A stretch of 55,025 nucleotides of DNA, filler included, from Hemiscyllium ocellatum (taxonomy: Eukaryota): NCBI RefSeq assembly GCF_020745735.1. It is 3 parts of 3 records of this genome, joined end to end, with 100 filler letters (N's around TTAATTAATTAA, not from the genome) between each part and the next. Parts side by side here need not be neighbours in the genome. Positions count along the whole stretch, not along the records: positions 1 to 30,382 come from NW_026867508.1; 2 more parts are not named here. The stretch is one strand, 5' to 3'. The notes under the pieces are model-generated. The model did no database searches, was not told the DNA's origin, and saw only the letters and a program-made list of their open reading frames with translations. Shown piece after piece: positions 1 through 11,100 of the stretch. The number at the start of each line of letters is the position of its first letter. The first letter of the stretch is position 1. The position numbers and the translations under genes are program-made.

Positions 1-792
1 ACACTTGCTTCCCTACCTCAGGAAACTTGGGCTCCACTCATACCTTCATTGAACAGGTAAATTATAAAATATCTGACTTCAACAAAGCATAAGTTTGGTA
101 TAAACAGAACATGACACAATGCGATTCAAGTAGGAAACGTGCTGTTGCTGGCAATCAGTGGCCAATCTTGACATATTGTTCCTGACAGTACTTCCAATTA
201 CGGATGTTTATACAATTGTTTTCCAGTGAATTCACCCTTGCACCGAAAATGAAAACTTCTCGGTGCACGCAATGTACAGACTGCTAATCTTTGAGAAAAC
301 GGACTGCCATAACTTATAGGCGTTTCCAGTCTTGAACAAGTATGAAAAATTGAGAGTTGATTGAATTGAATCAGATTCAATTGTGAAGTGGTACTTCAGG
401 GTAGAGGCCGTGGATGCTTGGTAGTTTGACAATCTGTTTTTCACAATAATTGAATCATTTGTTTTTCTTTACATATAGGGATGATTGTATGACGGTGAAT
501 GATCATCTATGATCCTACTGTATATTTGAAAACGCTCGAAACTTTGATCTCGAATGTTCGTGGTTCTTATGTTCATATAAAATTAATTGAATTTTTAACT
601 GCCTGAGGGAAAGGTCATCAGCTGTGACTTGCACCAATCTGGAATGATTCAGCTGGCTGGGTCTTTTTTTTAATGGAAACATGGACCCAAGACATAATGT
701 AAATTATGAGCGGGTGGATGTACTTTTGAGATTAGGTCCAGAACAACTAGGAACCACTCGCTGAACAGAGCTTACACTGAAGAACATTTCTA

Positions 793-820
793 CACAGTGT
801 TAGGTTACGGCATTGAAACC
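793..820 (+). promoter_or_regulatory. Orphan 12-bp-spacer recombination signal sequence (RSS)
   Basis: CACAGTG (793-799) + 12-nt spacer + ATTGAAACC (812-820). It resembles the D-flanking RSS at 6540-6567 (CACAGTG-12-ATTAAAACC). No intact partner RSS or J motif was found on its coding side. Confidence 0.5.
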
Positions 821-2626
821 TTCCGTTTATTAAAGCAAACACCCAAGAAAAGCTCAGCTCGTCTCATAACCTGTTAAAATGTGAGTGACAGATAGCCACC
901 AAATTCCACAAATTAAAGAAAATAAACTGAATGTATTCTTTAACTCTAAAAGTAAATATTTAACTATAAATTTTCACAACTCTAAGCACCCCTTTCACTT
1001 AACTGGTAATTACCAGCCTCCAAGTACATGACAGTTTGCTGTTCCAATAAGAATCTCATGAAAATTACTTAAACTTGATTTCAAAATCACTCAGCGGCTG
1101 TCCTCTTCTTTGTCTATCTTTTACTGCGAAAATGTTTCATATGAAAAGGTACTTTTCACAGTGAGTGTATCCAAATTTCTTGTATCTGTGTTGATGGCAG
1201 TTGCTGTAACTGATTTTCAAATGTCTGCCTTTTCAAATCTTCTACAACGGACCATTTTATTGTTTAGATGTTGGAAAAATAGTAAATTCAAACGCGGTTC
1301 GGGTTTAATGTTCTGGGGAACAATTTAAACAGGTTGGATAAATTCGAATTGTTGTCAAAACAGCAATTAACTCAGGTGTCTATTTCTCAGTAAAATGTTC
1401 CATATTTTCAATTTTCCAGGACACGCTCAGTCAGCTGGTTGGCATACACACAGGTAATTGTAAGTTCTCAAGTCAGTACAACATTCACTCGTTCTTAAAG
1501 GTACAATTCATGCTTTCAAATTAATAAAAGCGGAAATGCATGAACACGTGAATCTCGTTGAAATTCGGCATGAGTGGAGAAGACAAAATGAAAGACAAAG
1601 AAAAGAGTAGGAGGCACAGGACCCCAAAGGCAATAATTTACTGTATAGATATATCTTGATGCGTTCGAGTGGGGAAGAAATATATGCATCCTAGTGATGG
1701 ATGAAATAAATTGTCCCAAATTGACAGATAGATTTTAATGCAAAATTCGGACACAAGTACGCTCAGTCAACAGGGGAGAGAATCAGCCAATGGGTTATTG
1801 GCAATTGAAATTTTCAGAGATGCAGAAGAGACACTTCTCAGTGAAGTGAGCAACAGTAATACCACAGTGGAATCTGTACAAACGGAAAACTACGAACGGT
1901 TCAGAGCCTTAAAGACATGTTCTCACGCTGCTCAAACCACAAATTCTATGACGTAGGTTTAGGCAGAATATGAAATTTCATGTGAAACTTGGAGCAAATG
2001 TAAAACCAAAAAAAAAAATTCGTACCTTTTGCTGCACGGAAGCTGTGAAATGGAATGCAAAACAAGCAGAAGCTCTTGTGATGTGTTCAATTCACAGAGA
2101 AGCTTTATGTTTCAGGAGTGATGATCGGTGTCACTAAACTTGTGCTTTCTACTGTATTTTCCTATGTGCAGTGACGGAAAACAAATAGGTTACTTGTACA
2201 ATTATAAGTTTGGGAAGTTGTTGTCTTATTGGTCTTCGAGTTTTTTTTTAGGCTTTTCTTTTTTACAAGGAAAATAGAAAAATAAATTTCTAATCTTAGA
2301 ATGAACAGCATGGAGGAATTTTATTCATGCATGTTCCCACTCCAGCAACGTACAATCTAATTACATCTGGTGCTTTGCTGCTCCCTCATATATTTACGTA
2401 CTTAGCCATTTTCATCATTCGTTAAATTGCAGTTTGAAAGATATGGTTGAATCTACAAACACCCAGGTAAAAATTAAAAGTCAATTTTTCAGACTGAATC
2501 ATGTCACACGATTATCTGGTATTTGGAAGCCTGATAATCACGAATACAGAATGAATCCAGAAATAAAGAGGTTTTTTCTATAAAATGGGAAGAAGCAAAT
2601 TCACAATGTAAAAATAACCTGTAGAT

Positions 2627-2905
2627 TCAGTTTGTTCAGCTTTATCCGTGCTTTTCATCAATGCCTACGTAACCACAACATGTTCGGGTTTTTGTACAGC
2701 TCTTTCGTTCCTCTGCATCACTGTGTCTGTAATCTTCTCCCTATTCAGTTTTTGATACAGTTCTCTCACTACTATGCATTTTTGTGTCTGTGATCCTCAT
2801 CCTGTTCAGGTTTTTGCACAACTCTTTCTGTCTCTGTATCACTGTGTCTGTAATCCTACCGTGATAAGATTTTGTACAGCTCGCTCCGTCCTTTGTTTCA
2901 CTGTG
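2627..2905 (-). repeat. Tandem array of ~60-bp RSS-containing units downstream of the supporting V
   Basis: Minus-strand heptamer positions are 2899-2905, 2840-2846, 2780-2786 (decayed), 2719-2725 and ~2660 (decayed). Unit 1 is CACAGTG-23-ACAAAATCT, unit 2 is CACAGTG-22-GCAAAAACC, unit 4 is CACAGTG-23-ACAAAAACC. Spacers and linkers are mutually similar. Confidence 0.85.
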
Positions 2906-3215
2906 CGTGCTGAGCGCCGACTCAGTGCACAGTAATACACGGCGGAGTCCCCCAGTTGCATTTTAGAGATCTTTAGTTGAACGATTTTTGTTGCAGAATT
3001 GATGGAAGCGGACAGTTTTCCCCCTGCAACATCATTTTGATTCTCCTCTTCTGAAGTGTGTCTCTGAAGCAGGTGTTTCAGAGCTTGACCAGTTGACTGA
3101 CTGTACCAATATACTGTGTAATGACAGAACCCTGAATATTCCCAGCTTAAAGTAACAGTTTCGCCAGCTGTGGAGGTTTGTAAAGGTGGACTGTGAGACA
3201 CCAGAGAACTGGAAT
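2906..3215 (-). CDS. TRDV: Leaderless supporting TCR-delta-type V segment of a NAR-TCR cassette (Cys23->Trp; ORF or pseudogene)
   Basis: Acceptor ccatag at 3216-3217, then DSSSLVSHSPPLQTSTAGETVTLSWEYSGFCHYTVYWYSQSTGQALKHLL...LKISKMQLGDSAVYYCALSRRSA, then a 23-RSS. There is an extra Cys in CDR1. No leader exon was seen nearby. The phase-1 acceptor matches the J donor at 6083. Confidence 0.85.
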
Positions 3216-4336
3216 CTATGGAATTAAATGAGAAGTTTGTTTCATTACCATTATCAAGAAAACGTCTCATTGGTGAGCATAGCTCTGCTATTAAAGCATT
3301 TTTTTTCTTTTGCAGTAAGATCAATACTATAATTAAAATCAAACTAAAACAGCGGGGAGATATCGAGATTTTTGGAAAATAGAACGCAAGTTGTTCCACT
3401 CAGGAGTACATGACAGAATGACTCAAGAGTAACACTCAAACGGGAATTAGGAGAAAAAAAATGAAGGATTGAATAATTCCAAGTACACGAGGAAATGACC
3501 TAGGACTGTTCACAATTTGAAAGTAACTTGTAAGAATCTGCAGGAATAAGATTGGAAGTATAATGAGATTCTGCTTTTTTTTAATTCCTTGAGTTCAATT
3601 GAAACTGAGCAAACACGCATATCAAAAATATTTTAAGAGTTAATTCTCCTTTTCACTGAAACAATTACTTTCAAAAGTAGTTGACTGAGAGAAAACCCGC
3701 AATATGTCTTTGTGTTTGAGATCTGGAACTCTGCTGTCCAAATCAGAGCTCATTGCCCGTTCCTAATAACGCATTTGTAGGTGGTCGTGAGGTGCCTCTC
3801 TAACTTTTGCATCTAATGATTGCAAGTACAATCAAAATGCAGTTAAGGAGTGATTTTCAGGATATGACCGATCGACAATAAAAGAAGGAATCATATTTGT
3901 AAGTCAGGCTGGTGTTTGAACTTGCAGTTAGTAGTTCTCCCATGCATCCACTAACCACAGTCCACAGAAAGATTCAATTGAGTGTGGCTTGTTCCAATCT
4001 GACCGAGGTCGAATAGAATAACAAATAGACCGAGCACAGTACACATGAATGTCATTTGACACGACATGCATGTGTTACATCTCTGCATGAGAATGTTGTA
4101 TGTGTGTATGAAACAAATTCTTGTGCAGCTCCACTATAACTTCTCTGCTTTTATAAACTACGCCACGACGAATAAAAGCAATTGCCATTTGTTCTTTATG
4201 AAAAAAACATTTTAACTAATCTTTGCCTTAGGGACATCTGGACAAGCATCCCCAGATACTTCCCTCATGTCACTCGTGCCAGCAGTCCATAAAGAATGCC
4301 TTATCTTGTAACCTCTTCCAAAGTTCATCAAGTTCC

Positions 4337-4511
4337 NNNNNNNNNNNNNNNNNNNNNNNNNNNNNNNNNNNNNNNNNNNNNNNNNNNNNNNNNNNNNNNN
4401 NNNNNNNNNNNNNNNNNNNNNNNNNNNNNNNNNNNNNNNNNNNNNNNNNNNNNNNNNNNNNNNNNNNNNNNNNNNNNNNNNNNNNNNNNNNNNNNNNNNN
4501 NNNNNNNNNNN
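4337..4511. other. Assembly gap (N run) inside the J-to-supporting-V intron
   Basis: Run of N bases. Confidence 0.99.
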
Positions 4512-4789
4512 CCACATTCCTCAGAATGCAGTTCAGTCTCATTGCTGTGATTCTGGAGTTACAGGTTGTGTAGAGCAGGTAAGGGCAGCAGATAATTTTC
4601 CCTCAAGGGCATTTTATGGTTTAGTATCGATTTGCCACTGACTTGCCAATGTGACCAAATTGTTTATAACTTCCTGAAACTTAAGTCCTTCTGCTTCACT
4701 GTTTGGCACTCAGAACTGATCCAAAAGACCATAATACCATAAGACATTGGAGCAGAAATTAGGGTATTCAGCACATTGAATCTGTCCAG

Positions 4790-5990
4790 CCAATCATTCA
4801 TTCCTGGTAAGTTTCTGAATCCCATTCTCCCGCTCTCTTCACATAATTATTTATCTTCTTTATACTCAGCAACCTATTTAACTCACTATTAAGTATTCCC
4901 AATAACCTGTCCTCCACAGCATTCCATGGCAATGCATTGCATAGATTCAACACTATCTGGCTAAAGAACGTTTTCCTTACCTCATTTCCAAAAGCAATTC
5001 CCTTTACTCTAAAGCTATGTCCTCGTGTCCTCGTCTCTCCAAACAATGGAAACATCTTCCCAACATTAAGCCTGTTCAGGTCATTCAGTCCTTTGTATGT
5101 TTTAATTAGGCCTCTGTTCATCACTCTAAACTCAATCGAGTATCAACCCAGAGTCTTCAAATATTCCTCAAATGTTAAACGTTTCATTCCTAGGAATAGT
5201 ATCGTAAACCTACTCTGAGCACCCTCGAGGCCCATTACATCCGTCCTGAGATATGGGATGTACAACTGCACACAATACTCCAAATGTGGTCAGACCAGTG
5301 CCTCTGGAGTACATCCCTGCATTTTTATTATTCAAGTGCTCTTAAAATAAATACCATTATTGCATTTGCCATCCTAACTACTGCCTCAAACTACGAGTTT
5401 GCATTGAGTGAATCCTGGATTCGGAAGCACAAGTCATTTTGGATTTCTCATGATATGCCATTGGACACCCAGTCTCCAGTCACATAGGCAATCTCCCAGC
5501 ATTCAGCCAATATTGACACAAAATGCGAAGCTTTTCCAGATGCCATGTCCATTTCGCATTACTTGTCAGTGTCCAGTGTGGGAATCTTTCAAACAATTTT
5601 CTGAAATCCATATCAACTCCATCAAGTGCAATTTACAATTCTACGTTCCCTGTCATCTCTTCAAAACAGTCAACCTGTTTGATATGACCGGCCTCAGTCA
5701 AAACCATGTTAGCTATTCCAGAAAAAAAAAACTTGACTCTCTGAGTATAATCTATTTCTGTCATTCAGAATACTTTTCATTGTGGCACTCAACACTCTGC
5801 TACTTCCTGATATAGCCAAAACATATTCGTTGAAAATTTGGCATGACACTAGGTGTCCTCTAGCCCTCTAGTACCTGTTCTGTGACCAGAGTGAAAGTAC
5901 AAGTTATCGTTATTACTCTTTGATTTTCTTCCTCATTTCCCACTGCAGACTGGGATACAATTCACCCGCACCTTGGATTTCCTCTCTGAC
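4790..5990 (-). mobile_element. Degenerate CR1-type LINE (3' part of ORF2)
   Basis: ORF 4798-5124 (LIKTYKGL...ETRTRGHSFRVKG...RKTFFSQIVLNLCNALP) matches the typical CR1 ORF2 C-terminus. More RT-like fragments lie upstream on the same strand. Confidence 0.8.
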
Positions 5991-6083
5991 TTCTCATATT
6001 GAAATGTCACTTGTCTCAAAAATAAACTGAGTATGAGCATTAATTTAGACAGTTTGTAACAGATGTCAGTTCGAGTCACTTAC

Positions 6084-6135
6084 CTGCTGTGACAGTCACC
6101 ACGGTCCCGGGTCCATCCACAGTACGTATTTCCAA
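6084..6135 (-). CDS. NAR-type J segment
   Basis: Encodes EIRTVDGPGTVVTVTA followed by a phase-1 GTAAGT donor. Its RSS is CACAGTG (6136-6142) + 23 + ACAATAACT (6166-6174) on the + strand. The DGxG motif is NAR-like rather than FGxG or WGxG. Confidence 0.9.
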
Positions 6136-6522
6136 CACAGTGACAACTGTCTTAGTCAGCCCAGAACAATAACTACTGGAAGCTTATTCTGACAGCCACA
6201 TGTTGCGAAACAACCTCTCTGTCTCTAATTATTCAAATGATTTCGATTATTTAATAATACTCCATATTTGTTGCATTCTATTGATTCGAACAGTAATTTA
6301 TGTTACTCTGGGATCTTAGCAAGGTGACCCAGGAACAAGCATGACAGATGAACAGTTCATGAAAATGGAGAAAATTGCCACAAAAAGATAATAGAAGAAG
6401 GAAATTTTGAGGATTCTTTTTTAACCAAGGTCACCAAATCTAATGAAGCCAATATACAATTGGGAGAGCAAACAATATGCTTTAATTGCACTGTGGTATT
6501 TGTTCAATTCTCATCCACTGTG

Positions 6523-6539
6523 GGTTCCAAATACTTGTA
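6523..6539 (-). CDS. D segment flanked by 12/12 RSS
   Basis: GGTATTTGT (6495-6503)-12-CACTGTG (6516-6522), a 17-nt core, then CACAGTG (6540-6546)-12-ATTAAAACC (6559-6567). The core reads TACAAGTATTTGGAACC on the minus strand and is open in all three frames. Confidence 0.85.
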
Positions 6540-6675
6540 CACAGTGTTTCAAGTCATCATTAAAACCTCAGGTACTTTCGATTTATGGAGAAAATAATTA
6601 AAAAGTGCAGACTGATTTTCAATTTTGCAGTTCGTAGCATTCAATCCTAATTTGTGCTTTGGACTCCAAACTGTG

Positions 6676-6695
6676 TTCATCTTTCCCAACATTCA
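6676..6695 (-). other. Candidate second, degenerate D segment
   Basis: A 20-nt core lies between AACTGTG (6669-6675) and CACATTG (6696-6702)-12-ATAAAACAA (6715-6723). The J-side nonamer is ambiguous (23-spacer ATTGAATGC or 13-spacer ACAAATTAG). Confidence 0.4.
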
Positions 6696-6932
6696 CACAT
6701 TGAGTCCAATCACAATAAAACAAATTAACATCTGTGAAAACTCAGCTGTTCCAAATTGCAGACGTTATTAGCAATAAAACAGTAGAATTAGAAATTAGAA
6801 CATGGGGCAGATGGTGCAGGGTAGAAGAAAGTGTTTTGTTATCAACAGAACAACTGTACTTTTTCATCTGTTTTTGCGAAAATCTCTGTGGGTAGTTTTT
6901 GCATTGCACTTTTATTCGGCCGTCACTCTGTG

Positions 6933-7217
6933 TTTTCTCGTAATGTGCTTTACAGTAATATGTGCCAGCGTCTTCAATTCTTACGTCCTGAATCTCCAGT
7001 GAAAAAGTCTTTTCTTCTTTAACCATCCGTACAACAAATTTCCCTCCGTTATATATCCGCCTCCGCTCTGATCTGCCATGGGTTTGCTTGAGGAAATATC
7101 CATCTTGGAAATAATGACCCCAGTTGTGACCGTAATAAACACAGGTGATGCTGAGAGACTGACATTCCTTCCTGGTCACCACTGGCGGGGTTTGTGTCAC
7201 GGACGGACTGAAAGCAC
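6933..7217 (-). CDS. NAR-type V exon (NAR-TCR V domain)
   Basis: Acceptor ttccag, then AFSPSVTQTPPVVTRKECQSLSITCVYYGHNWGHYFQDGYFLKQTHGRSERRRIYNGGKFVVRMVKEEKTFSLEIQDVRIEDAGTYYCKAHYEK. It has both canonical Cys, an extra FR1 Cys, Phe in place of the core Trp and a short CDR2 region. Its RSS is CACAGAG (6926-6932)-23-GCAAAAACT (6894-6902). Confidence 0.9.
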
Positions 7218-7366
7218 CTGGAAATTAATCAAGGGGAACTTAGAAAATAATTCGACAAAGAAAAGCAACAAACGTTTTTAACCTACGTCTATGTCAGCAA
7301 AAGGCATGGTCATGGGCCACATTTAATTGATTGAAAGTAATGTCAGTTAATTTCATCAGTACTCAC

Positions 7367-7409
7367 AGGGTAGCCAGATATAGAGGATGAAAATAATAAA
7401 GATTTCCAT
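7367..7409 (-). CDS. Leader exon of the NAR-type V
   Basis: The 43-nt exon reads ATG...MEIFIIFILYIWLP + T, then a GTGAGT donor. It splices in phase 1 to the V exon at 7217. Confidence 0.85.
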
Positions 7410-8899
7410 GTTTCACCCGCCTCGAGCTGCTGGTTTGTATGACGGGTCGGTGAACTCTGCAGCCCAGAACCATACAGGGAGACTAAATCTCGGATTTGGG
7501 CTGAAACGCACAGAAGATTCGAATAGCTCTCCACAGGAACCTTTGGTGAAATTATTGATGAGGTGCGTGGTTATCAGTGTCAAATGATGTATTGTGTAAA
7601 TACTGAAAGGTTTATAAAGGGATTATGCAGCATTCTGTGAAACCGTTAAAAATATCTCTCCCAAGTTAGGCACTGGGGAGGGGCTTGCTGAATGGGTGAA
7701 TGCAGCCACCTTAATTTCCAATACACGATCGAGGCCAGAGAACAATTCTGATCCGGTTATTGGGTGGGGTGTGATCCGAAAGTCGACCCATCAGCTCAGT
7801 GATTGGTCAATCTACTGGCAAATGGAGACAAAATGCATAGACAATGTGTGTGCATTTCGTGTTAGCCTATCCTGTATCCTTCTCTAATGTAGATGGCATT
7901 TGGCACGCAGTTTCCACTGAGTATTGACTGATTTCGACCTCCTCATCGTACGCACTTTTCAGCTGCGGTGACAGAACATAAAGTGGAAACTGGAAGGACA
8001 CGAATATTTTGGGTAGCTGTTTTACATTATCTTTGTTGGACTAAGCTTTGCCTCAGCTTTATAGTATTGAACACTAAATCAAACTTTTGTTCTCCCTCCA
8101 TTAAAGCAGACGTTGGCATCTTTTGAGAAATTATTACTTTACATGACAATACCGCTCGTTACATTACAACATTGGGCCTTGTCACATGGGCACTGCATTA
8201 TGCTTTGTCCATGTTTGTATTAAACTAGTTGCCAAATATTGCATTTGATTATGTTTGACCTAATATTACAATAGGCTCGATTTAAATCGCTATGGTAATA
8301 TCATTTCTCTTTCCATAACACAAACTGCTGTTCTGATTGCAGTTGTTTCTGCCACAGAAATTGTTGTAATAGAGCATGTGTCACTTTACATTCCATCAAC
8401 AATGGTCTGGGCTAGATATGTGGTCATAATCAAACACAGACAAATAATTTTAGAGTACTGTGATCTTATAAATGAGAATAAGATGGATCATTTTTGAGGA
8501 GCTAGCTTGCATTTTATTGCACCTTCAATGTTTTGCAAAATTAAGTGAGTTATATCACATTTTTGTAACCGTTATGAATGAACTATATCTTTCGAATTGA
8601 AGCATTATTACATAAAGCCATCCACACTTTGAAAAATTAGCTTCTCATAATAAAATTTGTAGTGAAAAAGCCAATGGAAATAGTCGAAGATGGGACATGA
8701 ATATCACTTGCAAAAACGACATGTATCCTGGGAAATGTTTTCTGAAGCGACTTTCTGTACTGACTGTGGTGCACATAGAAAGTGAGAGGTAATGCAAGTC
8801 TAAACCACTTCCATTTATTCTACCCACTTAGTTTTGTAATCCGTCTGAAAGTTGAAAGCCTGTCCTTCACGCTCATCTGAGCAACAATGCTGGACTGAT

Positions 8900-11100
8900 T
8901 TGCGGGAATGATTTCAGTCAAGTGATTGAACTGTCGGTTTGTGATAGTTTTGGGAATTGTGCCCACAACGTTGCAAAGTTTATAGTCGTCATGGAAAAGG
9001 ATAAGAATGGTGCAGATGTTGCAGATCGAAACTGGAGGAGAGCTAAGCTCAACATCATGAGACTGGAAATGGCAAACAAGACTGGGAGCAACCACTTGCT
9101 GGTAGGGCTGAATTTGGAATTTTGGAGATCTTTCAAAAGTAGTTTGATGAGAATTTTGGCACACTGTGCTCCTCTAAGAGTGGAGGGTAAGGGTAACATG
9201 TTCAGGGACCCCTGGATGCTAAGGGAAATCACTAGAGACAAAAAAAACCATGCAGGTGCTGTAATCCAAAAGTAGAAAAGCAGGAGGCTGGAAAACACAG
9301 CAAGACAAGAGGAGGAGAAGAAAACCTTTCTGGGTATAACCCTTCTTTAGAACTTGGAGCGGGGTTGAATTCTGAAGAAAAGTTATACCCGAAGCATTGA
9401 CTTCCTCCAACTCTTGACGCTGCAAGAGATATAATTGCTTGTACAGCAGAAGAAGGAAGTATACATCAGTTCATTTTCATTTAAAAAAACACTGATGAAA
9501 ATCCCTTCAGATACATATTTGTGTGCATGTCTGGTCACAGGTATCTTGCTAAAAAAAAGAAGTTGCGAGGACAAACAGGGTCGACAAAATATCTTTCGTA
9601 ATTCAGATCATGGAAGATCCCAAGGCATTTTGCACATCCATTAAGAGTAAAAGGAATTCCAATGAATGAGCGGTGCCTACTACAAATAATGGGACAATCT
9701 CTCCGTGGAACCAGTGGACGGGGTTAGGACTTAAACGACTACTTCTCAACCCTCTTGACGGGAAGGAAGACATTGTTGCTGGGAATTTCAGAAGTGATGC
9801 TGACTTTCTAGTAAACGTTGTGGTTTATGAATAAGAAGGGTACGAATTTATAAGCGACCATAAAGGTGCACAGGTTCCCAGGGCCTGACCATTTTCACCT
9901 CAGGCTGCAACGTGACTCAAGGAAAGAGTTTGCTGGGGAGTCTGGCGGATGGACTGAATATTTCCCTGGCCACAGGTGAAGTAACAGAAAATTGAATACT
10001 AGATAATGTGGTTCCTTTGATAAATAAAAGGAGGCGTAGTTAAGCAGAAAATTACAGGCCAGTTCGTCCGACGACAGTGGTGAAAAGATATTGAATAACC
10101 TCTGAGGGTGAATATTAATCCCATTTGGAAATGCAGGATTTGATCAGGGTAATTTGCACTGATTTGTTAGCAGAGACTATGTCCGATCAATTTAGTTGAG
10201 ATTTGTTTTTTGAAAAGCCGTCGAAATGTATTGAGGAAGCTACTGCAGTCGATGTGGTTTCCATGGACTTCAGTAAGGCAATTGACAAGATACTCACACG
10301 AAACGTTCGTATAAAAGACAAGAATCCATGATATGCAAGGCGAGGTGTCAAAGTAGATCTACCATTGAGTTGCAAAATAAGTTTAAAGGTAAAGGTGAAT
10401 CATTGTTTTATGACTGAAAGCTTGTGACCAAGGGCGTACCACGGGGATCGGTGCTGGTACCATTCCTCTTTGTTTGTACATTAACGACCTGTATTTGAAT
10501 GTAGAAGGCATAATAAGTGGATTAGCCGATGAAACGAAAATTGGTGATACTATTGATAGTTTTTTCATTGATATCGTACTCTTAAATTACAGTTTGATAT
10601 TGATACACTGATAAATTGGGCAGAACAACGCTATATCAAATTTAATCATGGTAAGTTCGAGATGATTGGTTTCGGAAGGTCGAATAAGGGAAGGATCGAC
10701 ACAATGGATGATAGGTTCAGAGGGAGTATTTAGGAACAAAGAGACGTTGGTCCACACGTCCATAGATTACTGAAGAATTCAACACGGGGAGGCAGCATAG
10801 TGAAGAAAGAAAACAATATGCAAGTTTTATTTCACTGAGCGTGTAGAAACAACAGCCAGGAAGTCTTCTCAGAATTTTATACAAGAATGCTTAGCCCACA
10901 GATGTAGTAATATTGTCGTTCTGTTTGCCACACTATGGCAACGACTCAAAACACATTGGAAACGATATAAAGGAGATTCACCAGGAATTTGCCTGGGATG
11001 AAAAGCCTGATTTAGTGTGTTGTTTTCCTTTGAGCAAACAAACTGAAGGTCAAACACAATCACATTATAATTTCTATGACACCTCGATTATGGAGTTAGC
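8900..11100 (+). mobile_element. Degenerate CR1-type LINE ORF2 (endonuclease linker and reverse transcriptase)
   Basis: ORF 8922-9275 (NWRRAKLNIMRLEM...FRDPWMLREI). Downstream DNA encodes frameshifted RT motifs (DFSKAIDK-, GSVL- and ADETKI-like). Confidence 0.8.

Noticed and set aside
1863-1895. CACAGTG heptamer as an RSS
   Set aside because: No convincing nonamer at 12 or 23 spacing and no adjacent gene segment.
4212-4550. ORFs containing X runs
   Set aside because: These are artefacts of translating across the N gap. The same applies to 14634-15123.
6835-6890. Extra RSS-like pieces after the NAR V RSS (CACAGAG with GCAAAAACA only 6 nt away; TACAGTT-12-ACAAAACAC)
   Set aside because: The first has an invalid spacer and the second lacks the essential first C. 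At most they are relics.
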